This document shows, one piece after another, positions 57,610-64,000 of a stretch of DNA of 64,000 nt. Both the position numbers and the translations under genes were made by a program. The notes under the pieces are model-generated. The model had not been told where the DNA came from, ran no database searches, and saw only the letters and a program-made list of their open reading frames with translations. Source of the DNA: an uncultured Gammaproteobacteria bacterium (GTDB lineage: Bacteria; Patescibacteriota; Patescibacteriia; UBA1558; S5-K13); contig CAZXFD010000001.1 in the NCBI GenBank assembly GCA_964640635.1, forward strand, positions 248,306 through 312,305. Direction: 5' to 3'. Each line of letters starts with the position of its first letter. Position 1 is the first letter of the stretch.

Positions 57610-59193
57610 ATGAAAAAGATTTTTATAATCTTCGCTTTACTACTTGTTGCATTTTCATTCATGTATGCCTATGATTGGCCTACTATGAATAAACCCCACC
57701 CAACTCATGGTCAAAATGTTTTAAGAACGTTTGGGGACAATATCAGGTTTGGACACAATCGCGGAGACTTACCAGACTCTGTAGCAATCAGAATGGTGAG
57801 AAAATGGATAGGCAATGACGTCGAGTTTTTCACCGTCCCCTATGGTTATAAGTTCATGGGATGGATGTATTATGGAAAGATTAACGCAAGTACTCCCCGG
57901 GTGATAGATGGCCCAATATACATGAAAATTACCGCCGTTTATGATAGTTTGGGAAACATTGTCAGGCAAAATCCAAGAGGAGTTCCTATATATTGCAAGA
58001 TAGTAAAAGACACCTTGAGATATGAAGAAAGTCCAAATGTAATAAACGAGTGGATTAGAAGAAACAATCTCTCGGGATATGTTAATAACTCAATGATGGA
58101 TCTGGAATATACATTTATGTATTTCGGACCTGGCTATGCCAATTCTCCGCAATGCTCAAATGTATGTCTAGGCATAAAACTTGTGCCTAGAAGAGAAATC
58201 CGAATAATCAGAGAACCTTATCCAGTTCCAGTTCCAGTTTATCGAGACTCTGTAAGAACAATCAGAATTGAAGTTCCATCAGAGTCTTTTTCTCCAGAAA
58301 TAGAAGTTGATGGCTGGATGAACTCGTCGTTTACCCAGCTTTACAGACCTCTCGCAGACTCTGTTTATACCCCTGGCATGATTTCATACAATATTACCCG
58401 AAACTACAACGCTAAACAGTCATTCGACTTACTTGGTGGGGCTAGGGTAAGAATGTCCATTTCGGACAATTACAATTGTTATGGAGAAATCGGCGGTGGC
58501 GCAAAAGACGGAGTGGGAGAAATATATGCAAAAATTGGATTAAGACACCTATGGGAAACATCCCTCGGAACTTTTTCAATCGGAGCGGATATCAATCCTC
58601 AATGGTGGCAATTTGTCTATTGGACCTATAGAAAATTCAATATCATAAGCCCAACTCAATATTCTATTGAGTCTAGACAACATAAACCCTGGGTTGAAGG
58701 AATCAATCTTGGAGCTGAGTTGAAGCTTGCTGGAGAAAACAGCTATGCCCTCGTTCATGGATCTTTCGATCCTAGAGCCTGGAATAATGCGTTTGGCCTA
58801 GAGGCTAAAACAGAAGGAAGCTTCTATGGATCTTTATTGGGCAATTATCAATATTTCAGCCCAGATAAGTTCGTAGATGCAGATTCCTTGGTTTTTAAGC
58901 CGAAGAGAAATAATTATTTGGCTGAGGCTAAGCTTGGATTTCGTGTTAAAAAATCTGACTCCGGCAACACCTTCGTCTTTATCGATGGTAGAATGGATCA
59001 TCAAGAGATCCAACAACCTCGAGTCGATGGACATCCGTATTTATACAAGTATATACGGACCGATATAGGCGCTGGCGTACAATTTCCATTTTACTGGGAC
59101 AACGCTCAAGTCATACTGACCTATGTCGACATCAAAGATGGCGACTGGAAAAATTACGGCTGGTGCTTGCGAATCGTATGGAACATCTTTTAA
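57610..59193 (+). CDS. Secreted hypothetical protein
   Basis: Signal peptide MKKIFIIFALLLVAFSFMYA; SD GGAGGA. Confidence 0.4.
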   Translation: MKKIFIIFALLLVAFSFMYAYDWPTMNKPHPTHGQNVLRTFGDNIRFGHNRGDLPDSVAIRMVRKWIGNDVEFFTVPYGYKFMGWMYYGKINASTPRVIDGPIYMKITAVYDSLGNIVRQNPRGVPIYCKIVKDTLRYEESPNVINEWIRRNNLSGYVNNSMMDLEYTFMYFGPGYANSPQCSNVCLGIKLVPRREIRIIREPYPVPVPVYRDSVRTIRIEVPSESFSPEIEVDGWMNSSFTQLYRPLADSVYTPGMISYNITRNYNAKQSFDLLGGARVRMSISDNYNCYGEIGGGAKDGVGEIYAKIGLRHLWETSLGTFSIGADINPQWWQFVYWTYRKFNIISPTQYSIESRQHKPWVEGINLGAELKLAGENSYALVHGSFDPRAWNNAFGLEAKTEGSFYGSLLGNYQYFSPDKFVDADSLVFKPKRNNYLAEAKLGFRVKKSDSGNTFVFIDGRMDHQEIQQPRVDGHPYLYKYIRTDIGAGVQFPFYWDNAQVILTYVDIKDGDWKNYGWCLRIVWNIF

Positions 59194-59210
59194 ACCAAAG
59201 GAGGAAAAAG

Positions 59211-60197
59211 ATGAAAATATTCATGTTTATGGTTTGCCTAATCTTGGTCACCATGACTCTTATGTCGTGTGCGCCAAAAACTACAGAGGCAATAGTTCAA
59301 GAACAGCTGGGACAAATGGAGTTCATACTCAAGAACTCTAGCAATAAAAGCATTCCTACAGCCCCAAATAATGCAGAGACTTACATCTCCGGCACAATTA
59401 ATGGAGGTACTTCTGCACAGTATGATTCTTTACGGTTTGTTGGTTATTGGGGAAGCCCAATTACTGTCAATATCAATGTCAGCACTGGCAGAAAAAATAT
59501 CAAGTGCTGGTATAAACAAGATGAGAGGTATGTGCGGTTTTATCCATCAATGACAATGAAAGTGGTAACTCCTGAACATACAACATATATAGATTTACTA
59601 CATGTTGTTGTAAGAGACACACTCTTATCTGATCAAACCGGATATTCGTCACATATGTATTATGATATGGCAACTGAATTTATATTATCATTCAATCAGT
59701 ATGGATTAACGGTTAATCCACTTGAGAATTCAGCGCCATTTGTCAATACAAAAATCGAATATTCCGGCATTGCAGACCCGGCTATTCCCTGGCCAGATGG
59801 AGTCAATGCCTCTACATACAACGAAATTGGTTCTAGTGTTGTAGCTGGAGAACAACTATACATTATTTCAACCTACAACGATCTTCGTGGAGATCGAAAA
59901 ATTCCAATGAGCTATAATAGCACAACTGGAAAATGGGAATTTGAATTTCCCTATCTTCCAACTGCTGGCATGAATTTCAGAATTGAGAAGGCAAGTGGTC
60001 AGCCCTTATTTATGGGCGTAAGACTTATAACCCCACTCGGTTCTGTATCTTGTTACAACATTCATTACTTCCCAGATTCATCTGGGCAAAACACATGGAT
60101 GTTATTTGAAGCATCCTTGGTAAATGGAATTCCTCATATTCCATATCCAGGGGTAAATCAATTACTAAACATTCTTCAGTTGATCATAGGAGAATAA
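59211..60197 (+). CDS. Putative lipoprotein, hypothetical
   Basis: SD AAGGAGG; signal peptide with lipobox LMSC. Confidence 0.4.
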   Translation: MKIFMFMVCLILVTMTLMSCAPKTTEAIVQEQLGQMEFILKNSSNKSIPTAPNNAETYISGTINGGTSAQYDSLRFVGYWGSPITVNINVSTGRKNIKCWYKQDERYVRFYPSMTMKVVTPEHTTYIDLLHVVVRDTLLSDQTGYSSHMYYDMATEFILSFNQYGLTVNPLENSAPFVNTKIEYSGIADPAIPWPDGVNASTYNEIGSSVVAGEQLYIISTYNDLRGDRKIPMSYNSTTGKWEFEFPYLPTAGMNFRIEKASGQPLFMGVRLITPLGSVSCYNIHYFPDSSGQNTWMLFEASLVNGIPHIPYPGVNQLLNILQLIIGE

Positions 60198-60198
60198 A

Positions 60199-60627
60199 AT
60201 GAAGAAAATCATAATACTCGTCGCCTTACTTGTCGCAACAATAATGTTAAACGCTCAGATGCCTTCTGCGATGCAGATTACAACTTCCACGGACGGAACG
60301 TACAATATCGAGTACACAGTCCCATACGGACCTCGTTTCTCGGTCAATCCAGTCGTGGGTAGACAAAAATCCATTGGCAACGTAGCGCTCGATCAAATTC
60401 CAAATATTGAGAGCATTACACCGGTGTTAGTCATTTTTAAAACCAATGATGCAATTCCGGGAACTATAGACATGGAATCAAGAAAGATCACGTTTTCCGG
60501 AATCCAAGCGTCTGCCATCACTGGCAACGTTTGGAACATTGCATTTTTTGGAACCGATAATAATTATTGGCTCCACGGGTTGCAATATCCAGGGAAAGAC
60601 AAAAAACACCGAGGGTTTAAATTCTAA
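60199..60627 (+). CDS. Small secreted hypothetical protein
   Basis: Signal peptide; SD GGAGAA. Confidence 0.4.
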   Translation: MKKIIILVALLVATIMLNAQMPSAMQITTSTDGTYNIEYTVPYGPRFSVNPVVGRQKSIGNVALDQIPNIESITPVLVIFKTNDAIPGTIDMESRKITFSGIQASAITGNVWNIAFFGTDNNYWLHGLQYPGKDKKHRGFKF

Positions 60628-60649
60628 GCCCTCTACAAATAACAATGAA

Positions 60650-60686
60650 CCCCATCCGGTCGAATGACTTGATGGGGCTTTTTTTA
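60650..60686 (+). terminator. Rho-independent terminator (CCCCATC-N14-GATGGGG + T7)
   Basis: Read directly from sequence. Confidence 0.6.
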
Positions 60687-60696
60687 TTATTAGCGA

Positions 60697-60832
60697 GTTA
60701 GCTACTTAGTCTCGTAGCTTCTTAGATAAATACACAGATCAAACGACTACGAAACTACGAAGCTAAGCATCTAAACCAGCTACGTAGCTAAATAACTAAG
60801 TAGCTAACCAACTACGCAACTAAGTAGCTAAT
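60697..60832. repeat. Short-repeat array rich in CTAAGTAGCTAAC (three copies, one inverted) plus the 12-bp palindrome AGCTACGTAGCT
   Basis: Copies at 60697-60709 (inverted), 60796-60808 and 60820-60832; palindrome at 60778-60789. Confidence 0.5.
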
Positions 60833-62158
60833 ATACACCCACATAATCCAAAGAAGTGATGTAGAATCCAGTATATTATCTACAGAAGAAATCATAAATA
60901 TTATTAAAATCCCAATAAAAGAAATAAGATATTTTTTATCTTTACTGTGCAAAAATTTCTGTAGAATGATTCTTAATGTTTGAATTATTAAGTTTAAATA
61001 TAAAATTAGACCAATAATCCCAAGTTCTATAACTAAACGAAGATAGTCATTGTGAGCATAGGTGCTTTCATAAACATCCTTAATTTGTTTTTCGCGAAGT
61101 GTTTTGTATGAATCAATTCCATAGCCGATAATAGGAGAGTCATAAATATAACTTGTCATTTCTTGCCACATTTTATTTCTCCATTGCCATGAAGATAAAG
61201 TAGTTTCAGAGGTCGTAAGACGTCTTACAAATTTTATATCATTAAAATCATAATATTTTAAGGGTGTGTAATTAACAGTTACAACAAACAAAAATAATAA
61301 TGTACACAAGGCTAATATGTATTTTGGAAATTTTTTTAATTTATAAATAATAAGTAGTGCAAATATAAGAACTGATGCTCCTATCCAAACACTTCTTGTA
61401 AGAGTAAATAACATAAGAAATAATGTTGTAATTAAGTAGACAAACAACATTTTTTTGTAGTTTTTATTTTGTTCGTGCTGATATTGAATAAAAAACACAA
61501 AGAAGAAAAAAAACAAATTAAATGCATATGCATTTGGATGAGCAAATGTTCCATAGACTCTGCTCATATTTTCTTGACCTATGAATCCACGACTTGATAA
61601 AACTTGATAAATTCCAAATGCTATCGGCAAAATAGAAGATATAAAAATTGTTTTTATAAGATATCCCTTTTTTTCTTTGTATACGGAAAAATAAAAATAA
61701 GATACAAAATATAAAAAATATACTCCAACTAACCTCGTTAACATCCTAATGGAGTCTGAAAAATTTACAGTATATATCAAGCTACAACTTGCACACAGTA
61801 TAAAAAGTGTCCAGGGCCAAAATAGAGGAGTCTTTCTTAGTGTTATTTTTTCTTTCAAAATAATATAAATTGCCCATATTATTATCAAGACACCTAGAAT
61901 AGAAGAAAAATTAAGTTGCGTGATATTCAATATATCAATAAAAATATTTTCAGTATATACGTCAGTAGAGGCTCTTATTACAAGAATAAAAAGCATCCCA
62001 TAGTATGGTTTTAGTATAAAAAGAGGAATAAGAAGACATATTATAAGAACTCCAAGGCTTGATATAAGATCTATTTTTGTAAATATAATAAAAAACATTG
62101 TTGATACAAACAATATTCCTTCAAAAACTATAAAGATAAGATTTTTATTTAACTTCAT
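60812..62158 (-). CDS. O-antigen ligase / polymerase family membrane protein (Wzy_C)
   Basis: ~12 TM helices; periplasmic-loop motif TYAHNDYLRLVIELGIIG (Wzy_C/O-antigen ligase signature). Confidence 0.6.
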   Translation of the reverse strand: MKLNKNLIFIVFEGILFVSTMFFIIFTKIDLISSLGVLIICLLIPLFILKPYYGMLFILVIRASTDVYTENIFIDILNITQLNFSSILGVLIIIWAIYIILKEKITLRKTPLFWPWTLFILCASCSLIYTVNFSDSIRMLTRLVGVYFLYFVSYFYFSVYKEKKGYLIKTIFISSILPIAFGIYQVLSSRGFIGQENMSRVYGTFAHPNAYAFNLFFFFFVFFIQYQHEQNKNYKKMLFVYLITTLFLMLFTLTRSVWIGASVLIFALLIIYKLKKFPKYILALCTLLFLFVVTVNYTPLKYYDFNDIKFVRRLTTSETTLSSWQWRNKMWQEMTSYIYDSPIIGYGIDSYKTLREKQIKDVYESTYAHNDYLRLVIELGIIGLILYLNLIIQTLRIILQKFLHSKDKKYLISFIGILIIFMISSVDNILDSTSLLWIMWVYISYLVA

Positions 62159-62290
62159 AACATTTATTCTAATGAAAAAAAAGGGTTTTGTAAATGATTT
62201 AGAGGCTCAACCTTCGAGGTTGAACAACCTCGAAGGTTGAATGTATTTATCTATTGACAACTTCCTAATTCTGTTATAATATAACATATT

Positions 62291-63547
62291 ATGAATATAC
62301 TAATAATAAACAAATTTTATAAGACAAAAGGCGGTGTAGAGCGTCATATTCTTGATTTACAGAGACTTTTAGAACAAAATGGGCATAATGTGCTTATTTT
62401 TGCAACTCGTGATAACAGCACAATTTCAAGCCGATTTATCAAATATTTCCCTAAATATAGAGATTTTTCAAAAGATGCTAGTTTATGGTCGAATATCATC
62501 TCTTTATTTTCTTTTTTTATAAACTTTGAAGCAGTAAGAAAACTTAAAAAACTTATAAGAGAAAACAAAATTGACATTGCTCATGTTCACAATATTTATC
62601 ATCACTTGAGCCCTGCAATACTTAAGGTTTTAAAAAACAACAACATACCTATTGTAATGACTCTTCATGATTATAAACTGATTTGTCCAAATTATAGCTT
62701 ATTTGATTTTCAGACTAATAAGATATGTGAAAAATGTAAAAATGGTAACTATTTCAATTGTTACAGAAACAAATGTATTCAAAACTCCCATGCAAAAAGT
62801 TTTGTCGCAACTCTTGAAATGTATTTTCAGCAAAGATTTTTTCCATACTCAAAATTAGTTGATACATTTATTGCTCCAAGTAAATTTATAAAAAACAAAT
62901 TTTTAGAGTTTAATTTTCCAAATAAAAATATAGAACAAGTTTATAATTTTACCAAATTACAGAATAATACATTTGAAACAAAAGATTATTTCTTGTTTTT
63001 TGGAAGACTTTCAAAAGAAAAAGGATTACAACAATTTATTGAAACACTTTCCAATTTAAAAAGAGATTTTAATTTTTATATAGTGGGATCCGGTCCAGAA
63101 GAAAAAAGTCTCAAAAATTTAGTAAGAAATCTAAAATTAGAAGATAAAATAAAGTTTTTAGGATTTTTTGGAGACGACAGACAAGGTAAATTAGAAATAC
63201 TTATAAACGAAGCAAAATTTATAGTAGTTCCAAGTCTATGGTATGAAAATTGTTCTCTATCCATACTTGAATCTATGGCAAAATCAAAGCTAGTTTTCGC
63301 ATCAAATATTGGTGGAAATTCAGAGCTTATAGAAGATAATAAAGCAGGTATTCTATTCGATATTTATGACAAAAATGATGCTATTGACAAACTTACAAAA
63401 ATAATGGATAATAAAGAGTTAATTAAAGAAATCTCTAACAACGCAAAAGAAAGGGTAAGACAAGAATTTAATAGTGATATCTATTACTCAAAACTAATCA
63501 ATATTTACAACGATCTAATAAATAACAACCTGAAAGCTGGTAGCTGA
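62291..63547 (+). CDS. GT4 (GT-B) glycosyltransferase
   Basis: C-terminal GT4 E-x7-E region (ESMAKSKLVFASNIGGNSELIEDNKAGILF). Confidence 0.7.
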   Translation: MNILIINKFYKTKGGVERHILDLQRLLEQNGHNVLIFATRDNSTISSRFIKYFPKYRDFSKDASLWSNIISLFSFFINFEAVRKLKKLIRENKIDIAHVHNIYHHLSPAILKVLKNNNIPIVMTLHDYKLICPNYSLFDFQTNKICEKCKNGNYFNCYRNKCIQNSHAKSFVATLEMYFQQRFFPYSKLVDTFIAPSKFIKNKFLEFNFPNKNIEQVYNFTKLQNNTFETKDYFLFFGRLSKEKGLQQFIETLSNLKRDFNFYIVGSGPEEKSLKNLVRNLKLEDKIKFLGFFGDDRQGKLEILINEAKFIVVPSLWYENCSLSILESMAKSKLVFASNIGGNSELIEDNKAGILFDIYDKNDAIDKLTKIMDNKELIKEISNNAKERVRQEFNSDIYYSKLINIYNDLINNNLKAGS

Positions 63548-63559
63548 AGGCTGAAAGCT

Positions 63560-64000
63560 ATGCGTATCGCTTATATAGGACAAAAAGGTATCCCAATGAA
63601 ACAAGGTGGCATAGAAGCTCACGTTGAAAATCTTTCTATTGAAATGGCAAGTCGTGGCAATGATGTATTTGTTTACACAAGACCAAGTTATACAGATAAA
63701 AAATTAAAGAAATATAGTGGCATAAACTTAATAAGTATTCCAAGCATCCACACAAAACATTTAGATGCTATAAGTCATACATTTTTTTGCTCTATTCATG
63801 TCTGTTTTCAAAAATACGATATCATTCACTATCATGGAGTTGGTCCATCTCTACTTAGTTTTATCCCAAGGATTTTTTCAAAATCAAAAATAATAGGAAC
63901 TTTTCATTGCCAAGATAGATATCATAAAAAATGGGGTATTATTGCAAAATTTTTCTTGAGCTTAGGAGAGTATGCTGTATGTAAGTTTCCTCATCAAACA
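63560..64000 (+). CDS. GT4 glycosyltransferase, 3' partial (runs off the window)
   Basis: MRIAYIGQKGIPMKQGGIEAHVENLSIEMASRGNDV N-terminal GT4 pattern; not in the ORF track because no stop falls in the window. Confidence 0.55.
   Translation, partial: MRIAYIGQKGIPMKQGGIEAHVENLSIEMASRGNDVFVYTRPSYTDKKLKKYSGINLISIPSIHTKHLDAISHTFFCSIHVCFQKYDIIHYHGVGPSLLSFIPRIFSKSKIIGTFHCQDRYHKKWGIIAKFFLSLGEYAVCKFPHQT

Noticed and set aside
1-64000. CRISPR arrays and rRNA genes
   Set aside because: No regularly spaced direct-repeat array and no rRNA-like conserved stretches were seen anywhere in the window. The only short-repeat clusters (41210-41320, 43230-43300, 45855-45940, 60697-60832) lack the uniform repeat-spacer periodicity of CRISPR.

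Overview
This is an AT-rich bacterial window with dense, overlapping small genes and standard stop usage (TGA is a stop). The gene content (DUF4012, split transketolase, compact UvrC, many membrane or secreted hypotheticals) points to a reduced-genome lineage such as Patescibacteria (CPR); that attribution is inference only.

- (a) 1-13000: a cell-surface polysaccharide locus. It has split transketolase, an SDR epimerase, an E1/RfbH-like PMP-dependent sugar 3-dehydrase, four GT2 genes, GT10 and GT11 fucosyltransferases, a DUF268-like methyltransferase, a WbaP-like priming phosphotransferase and a secreted FN3-repeat protein.
- 13200-22800: housekeeping genes — tRNA-Glu, Dus, CorA, a VirD4/TraG-like P-loop ATPase and dnaX.
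- (b) 22948-37932: a ~15 kb integrative element in tRNA-Gln(CUG), bounded by an 18-bp direct repeat plus a diverged copy of the tRNA 3' half. It carries a tyrosine integrase, an excisionase, a TerS-like protein, a RepA-like AAA_25 ATPase with a candidate ori, an orphan REC-domain protein, a Zn-ribbon protein, and a Type III R-M operon with an OLD-family nuclease nested between mod and res.
- (c) 38190-40200: DUF378, RlmH, SPFH, and two tandem tiny Cys-rich basic peptide genes.
- (d) 41324-50179: uvrB and uvrA, then an inserted islet (DUF3800, DpnI-like PD-(D/E)XK nuclease, HNH, IS200/RAYT-like transposase), then a compact uvrC. The 3' ends of both uvrA and uvrC are duplicated around small insertions.
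- (e) 51546-64000: DedA, NUDIX, flavodoxin-like, DUF4012, a Wzz-like protein, secreted proteins, an O-antigen ligase/polymerase and GT4 glycosyltransferases.

No rRNA or CRISPR array was seen. The standout candidate for a previously undescribed system is the mod / OLD-like nuclease / res three-gene arrangement on the tRNA-Gln element.
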